Shown here piece by piece: positions 10,226 to 20,308 of a stretch of 46,797 bases of DNA. The notes beneath the pieces were generated by a model, which searched no databases, was not told where the DNA came from, and was given only the letters and a program-made list of their open reading frames with translations. The DNA is from a bacterium (lineage in GTDB: Bacteria; CLD3; SB21), in the NCBI GenBank assembly GCA_013360215.1, contig JABWCP010000025.1, forward strand, positions 1-46,797. The letters are read 5' to 3'. How positions within the stretch are numbered: position 1 is the stretch's first letter; the number at the start of each line of letters is the position of its first letter. A program made the position numbers and the translations under genes.

Positions 10226-11170
10226 TTATTCGTTGTACAAAACTTCGACTAATACATCGCCGATTTGTTGCAGGCTCTCGGCACTGCATTTATCGGGCGT
10301 ATCATCCATCGTGTGGTGGTAACGGTTGCTGTCATCCGGATAATCAAAATCTATGATGTTAATGCATTTGATGCCGATCCGAAGCAGCGGTATATGGTCG
10401 TCATAAACATTGCTTTCAATCGTTTTACGAAAAGCCGGTTTTTCAAGACGTTTGGCGGCATCCCAGACTTTATTCACAATGTCCTTTGCGCCGGTGTACG
10501 AATTTTGTTCAATCGGTAAATCCAGATTTTTATCACCGATCATATCAAGCAGAATGGCAAAGTCCGGAAAATATGTTTTATTGTTCTTTGCAAAATATTC
10601 CGATCCGATACAATAAGCATTGAGACTATCCGGTTTGGATTCCCAATTGTGATCGCCGTAATCTTCCAAATCAAAAAGAATAATGTCCACACCGATGTCC
10701 AGCGGCTGTTGCTTTATGGTACGCGCCATTTCAAGTAATACCGCTACACCGGACGCCCCGTCATTGGCGCCGATGATAGGCTTCATGCGATTGGCCGGAT
10801 CGGGATCTTTATCGGCCCAGGGGCGTGTGTCCCAATGCGCACAAAGAAGAACGCGCTTTTTATTTTTAGGATTGAGATTGATGGACGCGATGATATTGGT
10901 GAGTTCAAATTTTTTGGTTGTATCGCGTTTGTCCGTGTAATGAAATTTCTGATGATCTACGCGATCGCAATATTTGCGCAGCTCTTCCGTCATATATTCG
11001 AGCGCTTTTTGGTGGCCTTCAGATCCCGGGTTTCGCGGGCCGATTTCGCATTGTTTTTTCAGGTAATTCATGGCCGATTGGCCGTCAAATTGCGGCTTTA
11101 CTACAAACCAATGGCAGCTGTTGACCGATATCATCAGACCGGTCAAAATCAGAAGGAATAGACTGCGCAT
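10226..11170 (-). CDS. M28 family lipoprotein, probable glutaminyl-peptide cyclotransferase
   Basis: Lipobox VNSC; AHWDTRP, GANDGASG, DLEDYG, LLDMIG, DDH, HHT zinc-site motifs. Confidence 0.8.
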   Translation of the reverse strand: MRSLFLLILTGLMISVNSCHWFVVKPQFDGQSAMNYLKKQCEIGPRNPGSEGHQKALEYMTEELRKYCDRVDHQKFHYTDKRDTTKKFELTNIIASINLNPKNKKRVLLCAHWDTRPWADKDPDPANRMKPIIGANDGASGVAVLLEMARTIKQQPLDIGVDIILFDLEDYGDHNWESKPDSLNAYCIGSEYFAKNNKTYFPDFAILLDMIGDKNLDLPIEQNSYTGAKDIVNKVWDAAKRLEKPAFRKTIESNVYDDHIPLLRIGIKCINIIDFDYPDDSNRYHHTMDDTPDKCSAESLQQIGDVLVEVLYNE

Positions 11171-11182
11171 GCAAACTCCGTG

Positions 11183-12028
11183 TTAGGAATGTTGTTCGGG
11201 CGATGCATGATGCTTGGCCCCGTTATCAGATAGTACCGATGAAACGCTTTGGGATTCGATCACGGCATAAGCGTCATGATTATGAATACTTTCTAAATTG
11301 GTCACATCTACACGGTAACGCACGATACGTGCATCTTGCGAGAGTTTGATGGCGATGTCGCGTACCAGGTCTTCGACAAATGCCGGATGATCGTATGCGC
11401 GTTCGGTTACGTATTTTTCGTCTTCGCGTTTGAGTACGACATAGAGCTCGCTGCTGGCACATGTTTCAACAGAATAAACCAATTCTTCGATACTGAGAAA
11501 ATTATCCGTTTCACACTCGGCTTTTACGGTTACAAGGCTGCGCTGATTGTGCGCACCGTATTCGGAAATAGACTTGGAACAAGGACACAACGTGGTGACC
11601 GGCACCTGTACTTCCAAGGACAACGTCATTTTATCGTGAACACAGGTCGCGTCGAGCGCAACGGTATAATCCATGAAACTTTTGGTGAGTGTGACCGGCG
11701 CTTCTTTTTCGATAAAATAAGCAAAAGTCACTCTTGCAAAAGCGCGATCCGCGTGCAACCGTTCACGCATCATATTCATGAAATAAGGCATGCTTTCGAT
11801 GGATAATCCGTCCTGCCAGGCATTGAGGATTTCACCGAAACGACTCATGTGCGTACCTTTTTTATCGTGGGGCAAATCAACAGCCAAATCCCACATGGCA
11901 ACGGTAGGAATGCGTCGACCTGCGGCATTGATAAAAGTCAGAGGATATTTGAGATTTTTTATGCCGACCCGTTGAATGGGCATTTTACGAAAATCGTCTC
12001 GACCTTGCGTATCTTCGATAGCGGACAT
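11183..12028 (-). CDS. folE2: GTP cyclohydrolase FolE2 (type IB)
   Basis: KGTHMSRF, TTLCPCSK, GAHNQRS, KREDEK, FVEDLVR, ESIHNH. Confidence 0.96.
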   Translation of the reverse strand: MSAIEDTQGRDDFRKMPIQRVGIKNLKYPLTFINAAGRRIPTVAMWDLAVDLPHDKKGTHMSRFGEILNAWQDGLSIESMPYFMNMMRERLHADRAFARVTFAYFIEKEAPVTLTKSFMDYTVALDATCVHDKMTLSLEVQVPVTTLCPCSKSISEYGAHNQRSLVTVKAECETDNFLSIEELVYSVETCASSELYVVLKREDEKYVTERAYDHPAFVEDLVRDIAIKLSQDARIVRYRVDVTNLESIHNHDAYAVIESQSVSSVLSDNGAKHHASPEQHS

Positions 12029-12048
12029 TGTTTTCCTTATGTTATAGA

Positions 12049-12816
12049 CTAACCAAATACCTCGGCGGTGATACCGAGCGTACGGATTTGAGCAGCTATT
12101 TTTTCTAATTCGGTTGCGCTTATTTTTTCGAGTGTTTTAACCGGGGTATCACGATCAATCGGATATATCATTACTTTTCGCGGTTTTATCATTTCGATGC
12201 GACGAAGCCATGCGTGAACTTCTTCCGGCGTAGTATTATCAATCACCGTGTTTTGGTGTTCGCCGCGTAAAAATAGGGTCTGAATGATTAGGTTGCCATT
12301 AAATTTTTTAAGAGTTTCCGTTATACCGTCCAGCGAAATTCCTTTATCCGGTATATCAATCCGCTGAAACATAGTTTCTGTTCCGGCATCCAATTTGAGA
12401 ATGGGGTCGTCGGTTTTTTTGAGGGTATCGAATATTTCAGTTTTGTGAACACGCGTTGCATTGGTTAAAACAGCAATACGGGCATTCGGAAAGTATTTCT
12501 CACGTTTTTTACGGGTGGTGTCAATAATGGCTGAAAAATTCGGGTGTAAAGTCGGTTCGCCGTTGCCGGCAAAAGTAATGTGGTCAATGTTCTGATTTTG
12601 TTGTCGTAATGCCGATAGTTTGGACTCGAGTGCCTCGGTAAACTCTTCCAACGTCGGGATCACATCTTTGACGGAGGTATCGGTCCATCCGCATTCGCAA
12701 TACACACATTCAAAATTACACACTTTACGTCCAACCGGAAGCAGATTGATCCCCAGCGATGTGCCCAATCGGCGCGTGGTAAGCGGTCCATATATTGTAG
12801 TGGCGTGTAAAAACAT
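12049..12816 (-). CDS. Radical SAM protein (COG0731-like)
   Basis: YGP..RRLG.SLGINL, CNFECVYC, GNGEPTLHP, KLDAG. Confidence 0.88.
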   Translation of the reverse strand: MFLHATTIYGPLTTRRLGTSLGINLLPVGRKVCNFECVYCECGWTDTSVKDVIPTLEEFTEALESKLSALRQQNQNIDHITFAGNGEPTLHPNFSAIIDTTRKKREKYFPNARIAVLTNATRVHKTEIFDTLKKTDDPILKLDAGTETMFQRIDIPDKGISLDGITETLKKFNGNLIIQTLFLRGEHQNTVIDNTTPEEVHAWLRRIEMIKPRKVMIYPIDRDTPVKTLEKISATELEKIAAQIRTLGITAEVFG

Positions 12817-12849
12817 GCGTATCAGCTAAAAGTGGATAATTTGAAATTC

Positions 12850-14397
12850 TTAGGAACCGTACATTTCCGTAATATCCTCATTTTTTTGCAGCACACGAAA
12901 TTCGTCCATACGGATTTCCTGTTCGCCGGTGACACGGCTAAAAATCAGATAGCGCCAGCGCATATTTTTTATTTTGGGTTTGACCTGCTCCAAAATATCG
13001 GAATTGACGACGAATTCGAGTTTGGAGAAAAAGCTATTTTTTTCTTTGTAACGGCGCACCCAACGTTCGATTTTATCAAATAGCGTGGTACGATTGCCCA
13101 CGCGACCCGTACCGCTACAGGCCGGACAAGGTTCGCTGAGCGAAAACATAATACTCGGGCGGATGCGCTCGCGCGTCATCTCAATAAGACCGTATTCGTC
13201 CATAGGAAGAATGCTGAATTTGGCGCGGTCTTTTCGAAGTTCCTTTTTCATTTCTTCAAAAAGTTTTTTCTTGTTGCGCTCGTCGTGCAAATCTATAAAA
13301 TCAATAACAATAAGTCCGCCGATATCCCGTAAACGCAACTGCCTGCAGGTCTCACGCGCAGCGACCATATTGACGGCCATGGAGTTTTCTTCATAAGAAC
13401 CGCGTCCGATGTATTTCCCGCTGTTGACATCCACCGAAATAAGCGCTTCCGTATGTTCGATGATGATGTAACCGCCGTTTTTGAGCGGAACTTTTTTCTC
13501 GATACTTTGTTGCAGATCCTGTTCGATATTGTACAAATCAAATATCGGCTTGTTACTGCGATAGAGTTCGATACGATTGCCAAGTTGCGGTGATGTCGTC
13601 GAGATATAGTTAGAAATCGATTTGTATAATTTTTTATCATCAATAAGTACACGGGAGACATCATTGGAAAAAAGATCGCGGATGACACTGGAGACCATTT
13701 CCATATCTTTATACACGAGATTGGGTGCGGACATTTTTTGAGCTTTGGTATCAATATCGTGCCAGGTGTCCAAACAATTGCGAATATCGTTACGCAATAC
13801 TTCTTCATCGCGCTCTTCCGCATTGGTGCGTACGATCAGACCAAAATCCCGCGGTTTGACTTCTTTGGCCAATCGGCGGAGTCGTTTTCTTTCGGGAACA
13901 GTATTGATCTTTCGGCTGATGCCGATCATTTCATTGGGGTCGTTGGGGATGAGCACGGTAAATCGGCCGGGTATCGAAATTTCCGAAGTTACACGGGCGC
14001 CTTTGTTGTAAATCGGCTCTTTGATGACCTGGACGAGAATTTCCTGACCGACGCGTAAAAAGCGTCCGTGGTTATCATGATTGTGAATACGGGGGTGATT
14101 AAAAGGTTTGACCGGCGCTTCGTTATCGTCCGCGTCATCGGCATCATTGATGACAGCATATTCGTGCGTGTTATCGCCGATATCGGAAAAATGCAGAAAG
14201 GCATCCTGCTTCATGCCGATATTAACAAAGGCGGCTTTCATGCCGGGGAAAACTTTGGCGACGCGACCTTTGTAAATGTCGCCGACCATTCGGTTTTTTT
14301 CCGGCCGTTCGACAAAAATTTCGACGAGCCGTTCATCCTCCACGATGGCGATGCGCGTTTCGGCATCGGTCGCGTTGATGATAATTTCTTTTTTCAT
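12850..14397 (-). CDS. rng: Rne/Rng family ribonuclease (RNase G-length)
   Basis: GDIYKGRV S1 domain, DVNSG, RLRDIGGLIVIDFID, CPAC zinc link. Confidence 0.94.
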   Translation of the reverse strand: MKKEIIINATDAETRIAIVEDERLVEIFVERPEKNRMVGDIYKGRVAKVFPGMKAAFVNIGMKQDAFLHFSDIGDNTHEYAVINDADDADDNEAPVKPFNHPRIHNHDNHGRFLRVGQEILVQVIKEPIYNKGARVTSEISIPGRFTVLIPNDPNEMIGISRKINTVPERKRLRRLAKEVKPRDFGLIVRTNAEERDEEVLRNDIRNCLDTWHDIDTKAQKMSAPNLVYKDMEMVSSVIRDLFSNDVSRVLIDDKKLYKSISNYISTTSPQLGNRIELYRSNKPIFDLYNIEQDLQQSIEKKVPLKNGGYIIIEHTEALISVDVNSGKYIGRGSYEENSMAVNMVAARETCRQLRLRDIGGLIVIDFIDLHDERNKKKLFEEMKKELRKDRAKFSILPMDEYGLIEMTRERIRPSIMFSLSEPCPACSGTGRVGNRTTLFDKIERWVRRYKEKNSFFSKLEFVVNSDILEQVKPKIKNMRWRYLIFSRVTGEQEIRMDEFRVLQKNEDITEMYGS

Positions 14398-14401
14398 ACG
14401 T

Positions 14402-14573
14402 GTCCTATTCTATCGAATAGGGCAGAGGTTCTTCCTTAACGTACAGGATCGGATTTCCAAAACTATTGGAAAAGAACAAATATATAAATCACGGATTTGC
14501 ACCGTGGTATTCGCGGGCAGACCGATATCAGATAACATCGCTGCGCCCCTAAACCTGGAAGAAAATTTCTGCC
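14402..14573 (-). ncRNA. Candidate structured 5' leader of the RNase E/G gene
   Basis: Long-range stem 14421-14435/14557-14573 enclosing three hairpins, one with a T-loop-like UGCAAAU loop; extra hairpin just before the start codon. Confidence 0.45.
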
Positions 14574-14632
14574 ACATTCGTGGTTACAATTTTATATATA
14601 TCAAATGATAATACACTCATACGTTGCGGGCG

Positions 14633-14661
14633 ATAATACGCCAAAGTCTCTAAAAAAGCAA
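14633..14661 (-). promoter_or_regulatory. Predicted sigma70 promoter of RNase E/G gene
   Basis: TTGCTT-N17-TATTAT on minus strand. Confidence 0.5.
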
Positions 14662-14670
14662 GGTTTTGCT

Positions 14671-16212
14671 TTACGGTTGATGCTCCGGTCTTAATAGGTC
14701 ATTGATCGTTTTGACGGGGTTGAATGTAATGAGCGGCACCTCGACAAAAATAGTGATCCACTTAGCCATGGCCCCATTCCATAACCCGGGTAACTCCATA
14801 GCCTTTATTTCACGCCCATCTTTGGACTTTTTGGAAATAAAGCCGGTATGTGGATCAATAAAGCGATGCAGGTCAAACGGCTTTCCTTCAAAATCACGGA
14901 CGCCGCAAACGATATCTACCGGGTTAAAATGTGTAGAGTCATCTAAAATGAGTTTTTGTTTGGGCCATTGAAGATCAATCTGGGCTGTTTCCACGATCTG
15001 AAGCGAGCGGTTTCCGTTAGGTTCTCTCACCCAAAACGGACCACCTCCGGGTTCGCCTTGATTGCGGACCATTCCGCAAACACGGATCGGACGGTTTAAA
15101 AATTGCATCAAATTATCACGCCGTTCGCGGATATCCTTCGTCGAACTTGCTTGCATGCCAAGTCGTGAAATGGCAAACGATTCGGCTTCGGTGACCGTTT
15201 CGGGATTCGGAGGATTATTTTTTAGTTTTTTAAGATAACCAAAAATTTCTTGCTGCATTTCAACCAGATGACCGCATAAAACTTTTTTGTATCGGAATGT
15301 CGGTTCTTTGAGACGATCAGGTACGACGTTATCAATGTTTTTGATAAAAACGATATCGCCGGACAGATCGTTAAGATTCTCGATCAAAGCTCCATGGCCG
15401 GCCGGTCGCAGATGTAAACGACCATCCCGATCGCGGACAGGCCGATTGTGCAAATCAACGGCAAGTGTGTCGGTGGAAGATTTTTGCTCTGAGATTTCAA
15501 TTTGAATGCGACGACCGCTCGTTTCGTAACGAGAACGCACCGTTTGAATGTGCGAATCAATAAGTTGGCGGTATTCGCTTGAAATGGTAAAATGCACGTA
15601 CGCATTCTGATCCGTATCTGTCGCATAAGCCAAAGCTTCGGCCAAATGTTCTTCCAAAGCCGTACGTGAACCCTCGGGATAACGATGAAAAGGAATGAGC
15701 GCCTTGGGTCTGTGGGCATAGTCCAAGCCGACATCATGCATCAGATATGATAATACGTCTGAATAGGAACGTGTTTGGCGCAAGGTTTCCAAAGACAAAC
15801 CGTCTTTTGCCAAAACACCGTCTAACTCATCATAGAAAGCAAACTGGGTAAGCCGATCAAAAAAAGTTTTTAAAAAACGCGTGTCGGGGTGAGAGGTATT
15901 TTGCTGAAGCATCCGATCATAATGAACGGCCATCAAACTTTTGAACATGCGCGTAGCCGCGCCGGAAGCGGGTACAAACTTTTTAACACGTCCTGCTGCC
16001 GCGGCATCGTCGGCTTTTTTTATTAAGGCATCGTACGTATCGTCGGGTAAAACTGTTATGCCGTCGCCTATGGTGCAGGGACGATCCAATTCGACAAATG
16101 GAAATCCGGTTTTGAAAAATTCGATTTCAGCCGACAGTTGTTCGGGGGATTTGCCGATTTGGGCAAGTAAAGTGCGGTCATTATCCGTAAGTACGATATC
16201 CGACATGATCAC
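14671..16212 (-). CDS. DUF4301 family protein
   Basis: KFVPASGAATRMFK, RPAGHGALIENL, FIKNIDNV, RPIRVCGMV..GEPGGGPFW, ELPGLWNGAM; start GTG 16212 or ATG 16206. Confidence 0.9.
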   Translation of the reverse strand: MIMSDIVLTDNDRTLLAQIGKSPEQLSAEIEFFKTGFPFVELDRPCTIGDGITVLPDDTYDALIKKADDAAAAGRVKKFVPASGAATRMFKSLMAVHYDRMLQQNTSHPDTRFLKTFFDRLTQFAFYDELDGVLAKDGLSLETLRQTRSYSDVLSYLMHDVGLDYAHRPKALIPFHRYPEGSRTALEEHLAEALAYATDTDQNAYVHFTISSEYRQLIDSHIQTVRSRYETSGRRIQIEISEQKSSTDTLAVDLHNRPVRDRDGRLHLRPAGHGALIENLNDLSGDIVFIKNIDNVVPDRLKEPTFRYKKVLCGHLVEMQQEIFGYLKKLKNNPPNPETVTEAESFAISRLGMQASSTKDIRERRDNLMQFLNRPIRVCGMVRNQGEPGGGPFWVREPNGNRSLQIVETAQIDLQWPKQKLILDDSTHFNPVDIVCGVRDFEGKPFDLHRFIDPHTGFISKKSKDGREIKAMELPGLWNGAMAKWITIFVEVPLITFNPVKTINDLLRPEHQP

Positions 16213-17711
16213 CAGTGGCGTAACATTTCGACGGTAAGCCTTACGCCAAATCCTGTCGCAGAAATGCGATCCGTGTAAGGAAGTTCTTCTTCACTATTGG
16301 CGGTGCCGGCGATATCTAAATGGGCCCACGGCGTATTACCCACAAAATGTTTGAGAAATGCCGCCGCGGTGGAGGCGCCGCCCGGGCGACCGCCGGTATT
16401 TTTGATGTCGGCTATATGACTTTTGATTTGTTTGTCAAATTCTTTCCACAGCGGGAGTTCCCATATTTTTTCGCCGCTTGCATCGGACGCGTGCATCAAC
16501 TTTTGTTTGAGATTACTATTCGTGGCAAAAAGACCGGCGCCATGCGTACCCAATGCAATCACGCAATGTCCAGTAAGCGTAGCATAGTCAATGATCACTT
16601 CCGGTTTGTAGCGCTGAGCGTAAGCCAGCGCATCGGCGAGGATCAATCGTCCTTCGGCATCCGTATTGATGATTTCAACCGTTTTGCCGGAATACATCGT
16701 CAAAACATCGCCGGGTTTATAAGCGCGGCTGCCGGTAAGATTTTCAGAAGAGGGGACGATGCCTACGACATGCAACGGGAGTTTCAATTCGGCAATCGCT
16801 TGCATAATACCGATGACGGCTGCACCGCCGCACATATCAAACTTCATGCGATCCATTTGGTCCGCCGGTTTGATCGAAATGCCGCCCGAATCGAATGTTA
16901 ATCCTTTGCCGACGAGTACGATCGGTTTAGTGTTTTTTGGCTTAGCGGGTTTGTATTCCATGATGACCAGCCGCGGAGGTTCGGCGCTGCCGGCGGTGAC
17001 ACCAAGAAGGCCGCCCATTTTAAGCGATTTGATTTTGGTCTCATTGAATACGGTACATTTGATTTTGTGCGTACGGCACATCTCAGTTGCACGGTCGGCT
17101 AATACACGCGGAGGCAATTCGTTGCCCGGCGCATTGCCTAGATCACGGGTAAAATTGACCGCATTGCTTATAATTTCTCCGGCCCGAACACCTTGCTGCA
17201 TGGCGGCCGTCGGTTCATGATCGGCAATAAGCGTTAGCTCTGTAATGCGATGCCGGTCTTGCGGCTTTTTGTCCGTATGGTACTTATCATACTTATAATG
17301 CGCAAGGCAAGCGCCTTCGGTAAGTGCCTGAGCTATGCGATCATCGGTCCAGTTTTTTTGCCGCAAATGCGCAGGAAAGGCGAGCGTGATTTTAGAATAT
17401 TCCATAGCGAGTGCCGTACGCACGGCTTTGGCCGCCGTTCGCCGCAGAGTTTCCGGCTCGAGATCTTTGTATTCGCCCAACCCGATAAGTGCAATGCGTT
17501 TACTTGAGGTTTTGTCATTACCCAAAAGGAGAAATGTTTTTTCTTCTTCCGCGCCAAATTCTTTGGACTTCAGTAGTTTGGGAATCGTGTCTTCGTAGAT
17601 ATCTTCAAGTTCATTTTTCCAAAAATTTACGGGCTCGTTTTTGGCAATAAATACGCACGTTAATTCGCTCTTCCAGTGCTTGAGCTTGGAATATTTGGCC
17701 GATACGTGCAT
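16209..17711 (-). CDS. pepA: Leucyl aminopeptidase (M17)
   Basis: GKGLTFDSGG, MKFDMCG, NTDAEGRL. Confidence 0.96.
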   Translation of the reverse strand: MHVSAKYSKLKHWKSELTCVFIAKNEPVNFWKNELEDIYEDTIPKLLKSKEFGAEEEKTFLLLGNDKTSSKRIALIGLGEYKDLEPETLRRTAAKAVRTALAMEYSKITLAFPAHLRQKNWTDDRIAQALTEGACLAHYKYDKYHTDKKPQDRHRITELTLIADHEPTAAMQQGVRAGEIISNAVNFTRDLGNAPGNELPPRVLADRATEMCRTHKIKCTVFNETKIKSLKMGGLLGVTAGSAEPPRLVIMEYKPAKPKNTKPIVLVGKGLTFDSGGISIKPADQMDRMKFDMCGGAAVIGIMQAIAELKLPLHVVGIVPSSENLTGSRAYKPGDVLTMYSGKTVEIINTDAEGRLILADALAYAQRYKPEVIIDYATLTGHCVIALGTHGAGLFATNSNLKQKLMHASDASGEKIWELPLWKEFDKQIKSHIADIKNTGGRPGGASTAAAFLKHFVGNTPWAHLDIAGTANSEEELPYTDRISATGFGVRLTVEMLRHW

Positions 17712-17713
17712 AA

Positions 17714-18736
17714 TTATTTTTTACCGTAGGTTTCGTTGTAATATTTAACCATTTCGGGAATTATTTTTTTTAGCGTAGCATCAAATGGTTCTTTGAGCGA
17801 AATGCCCGACGCATTTTTGTGACCGCCGCCGCCGTAACGTTTGGAAAAAGCTTGGGTGTCAACATGACCTTTGGAACGTAGGCTGAACTTGATATATCCT
17901 TCATCGGTTTCGTATGCAAATACACCGAACATCGAGTTCTCAAGACTCAGAGCGTAGTTGACAAATCCTTCGGTATCATTTTTCGATGTACCGGTTTCCT
18001 GAAAGTCTTTCTTTGTAAGATAAGTCCAATGCATGCCTTCGTGGCACTCACTTTTCATACGATCAAGCGCCCGCCCGAGCAGTTTCAATGAACTCATGTG
18101 GCCTTGTTCGAAAATCTGCGAATAAATGTCGTTAGGTTTTACGCCGAGTGCGAGCAACTCGGCGGCCATATGGTGCGTTTCAGGGCGCGTAGAATTAAAA
18201 CGAAATCCGCCGGTGTCCGTGAGCAGAGAAGTGTACAGCGCCTGGGCCATTTTAAAGTTGGGCTTACCTTTGAAGTAACGAATGAAATTATATACCAGTT
18301 CTGCTGTTGCCGGCGCTTTTTCATCAATGCACAGGTGGTCGGCAAAACCATCGTTATCCAAATGGTGATCAATACATATCGTCGTACCCGGTGCCTGGAC
18401 GACTACCTCTTGCATCCGATCAAGTCGTTTGGATACACTGATATCAAGCACCATGATGACGTCGGCTTTTTGTATGACTTTGTCATGTTTGACAGGTTCA
18501 TATGTTTCAATGATGTTTCCGTAATTGAGGTGTTGATAGGATTTGGAGATCGGGCTTGTATTGATGATACGCGGTGATTTTTTTAGTGATTTCAGGAAAA
18601 GATACATTGCCGCTTCGCTGCCGAGGCCGTCTCCATCGGGGTTGACATGAGTCGTCAAAACAAAAGTTTTCGCTTTGGCTATCACCGGTTTTATCGCGTC
18701 AAACATATTTTTCTTTTTGGCCTTTTTCGTTGCCAT
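17714..18736 (-). CDS. nrnA: DHH/DHHA1 phosphoesterase (NrnA-like oligoribonuclease/pAp phosphatase)
   Basis: HVNPDGD, IDHH, TDTGGF, SLRS, GGGGH. Confidence 0.9.
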   Translation of the reverse strand: MATKKAKKKNMFDAIKPVIAKAKTFVLTTHVNPDGDGLGSEAAMYLFLKSLKKSPRIINTSPISKSYQHLNYGNIIETYEPVKHDKVIQKADVIMVLDISVSKRLDRMQEVVVQAPGTTICIDHHLDNDGFADHLCIDEKAPATAELVYNFIRYFKGKPNFKMAQALYTSLLTDTGGFRFNSTRPETHHMAAELLALGVKPNDIYSQIFEQGHMSSLKLLGRALDRMKSECHEGMHWTYLTKKDFQETGTSKNDTEGFVNYALSLENSMFGVFAYETDEGYIKFSLRSKGHVDTQAFSKRYGGGGHKNASGISLKEPFDATLKKIIPEMVKYYNETYGKK

Positions 18737-18795
18737 AACGCCATCCTCAGATTGGTGTCGATATAGTGGATTATTATAAGAGAACCGTTTTTCTT

Positions 18796-19953
18796 TTAAA
18801 TGACATTTCGTTCTTTGGTCAGGTCGCCTTCGGCAAAACGCGTGAAACGCAGCGGCTTCAGATCAAACGTGTCGCATGTACCTTTGGTAACAAGTTCTGC
18901 GATGGCACGCCCGGCGGCCGGTGCATGCATGAGGCCGTGACCGCTAAAGCCGCCCGCCACGATAAAATTACTAAACTGCGGAACATAACTGAGAATGCTA
19001 TGATGATCCGGCGTCTCTTCATACAAGCCGCCCCACGTTCCGGGATATTGTGTTTTGATTTCTGCATTTTCGAGATAAGGCATGACTTCCAGAGCCGTTG
19101 TCAGCATCTCGTCTAAAAATTCCGTATCAATGTTTTCGTCGTATCCCGGTTTTTCGTTTTTATTAGCGAGACCGATCAAAAGCCCATTACCTTCTTTGTG
19201 CATATACATACCGGTCGTGACGTCCACAACCATCGGAAATTTATTGGTCACAAAAGGTAATTCACCGGTGGTGGTGATCATGCGGCGTACGGGTTCGATG
19301 GGAATTTCAAAACCGAGCATTTTTCCGAGTTCTTTGGAAAAAGGCCCCGCTGCATTGACCACCATGTCGCATGCCACTTCACCTTTGGGAGTGATGACGT
19401 GCGTGATCCGATTACCGGCGGTTTTAAATCCGGTGCAAGGTGTTTCGGTCTCAAAATCAATGTTATGTTTACGCGCGCGTTTGAAATAAGCATCGACCGT
19501 CATCGAAGGATCAATCAAGCCGTCTTTTGCGCCAAATGTACCACCGAGTACGTTGTCCAACCCATAATTAGGTGCAAGCGCTGCGATTTCATCTTTGGAA
19601 ATGAATCGTACATCTACGCCGTAACTTTGTTGAATTTCCATATTTTTCAAATAACGTTCTTTTTGCTCTTCATTTCGAACAACGAACAGATAACCGCATT
19701 GATTGAACTGAATACCGTATTCTTTTTCCAATGTTTCAAATTCGCGAATGCTGTAGTGGCTCATGTAAATATTGATCGGCGTTGAAAACTGAGCGCGAAC
19801 ACCACCTGCACATTTGGCTGTTGAGCCCGTACCGATAAGTTTTTCTTTTTCTAAAACCAAAACATTAGCACAACCGAGTTCTCCGAGGTGGCTCGCCACG
19901 CTGGCACCGATACATCCCGCTCCGATTACCACCACATCATATTTCTGCTTCAT
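18796..19953 (-). CDS. FAD-dependent oxidoreductase (DAO / sarcosine oxidase beta-like)
   Basis: VIGAGCIG Rossmann motif, GSTAKCAGG, TPDH, GFSGHG. Confidence 0.88.
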   Translation of the reverse strand: MKQKYDVVVIGAGCIGASVASHLGELGCANVLVLEKEKLIGTGSTAKCAGGVRAQFSTPINIYMSHYSIREFETLEKEYGIQFNQCGYLFVVRNEEQKERYLKNMEIQQSYGVDVRFISKDEIAALAPNYGLDNVLGGTFGAKDGLIDPSMTVDAYFKRARKHNIDFETETPCTGFKTAGNRITHVITPKGEVACDMVVNAAGPFSKELGKMLGFEIPIEPVRRMITTTGELPFVTNKFPMVVDVTTGMYMHKEGNGLLIGLANKNEKPGYDENIDTEFLDEMLTTALEVMPYLENAEIKTQYPGTWGGLYEETPDHHSILSYVPQFSNFIVAGGFSGHGLMHAPAAGRAIAELVTKGTCDTFDLKPLRFTRFAEGDLTKERNVI

Positions 19954-20226
19954 GGGAATCCCTGTAAAATATAAACGTAATAAGTTAGGATTAAAAATTC
20001 ATAAGCTTAATATAAATCAATATTTAGTGAAAGGCAAATTGAAAGTTTGGGTTGAGACTATGATGACAGTTGCCACCTGATGTTAACAAGCACAATTTAA
20101 ATCGAGTTTATTGCAAGTATAGGATTAATAATAAGATGTATTGTTTTAGTTAAGAACCAAAAGTGACAAGATGTGAAAATGAAATGGTTAGTATTTTGAA
20201 TATTTGGTACAAAGCAAAAATTCTTT

Positions 20227-20254
20227 TTGATTATACATGCCGATTTTATATATT
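20227..20254 (+). promoter_or_regulatory. Predicted promoter of sucC
   Basis: TTGATT-N16-TATATT in AT-rich divergent intergenic region. Confidence 0.4.
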
Positions 20255-20308
20255 GCGCGCAATTCAAAAGCAAAAAACTATTCCACGTTCATCGGAGGAT
20301 ATGATTAC

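Noticed and set aside
14421..14573. Canonical FMN or cobalamin riboswitch
   Set aside because: Has a T-loop and GCCCGCGA but lacks ACCGGCGGU and GCCGAC (FMN) and GGGAA/GCCACUG (B12); downstream gene unrelated to either cofactor
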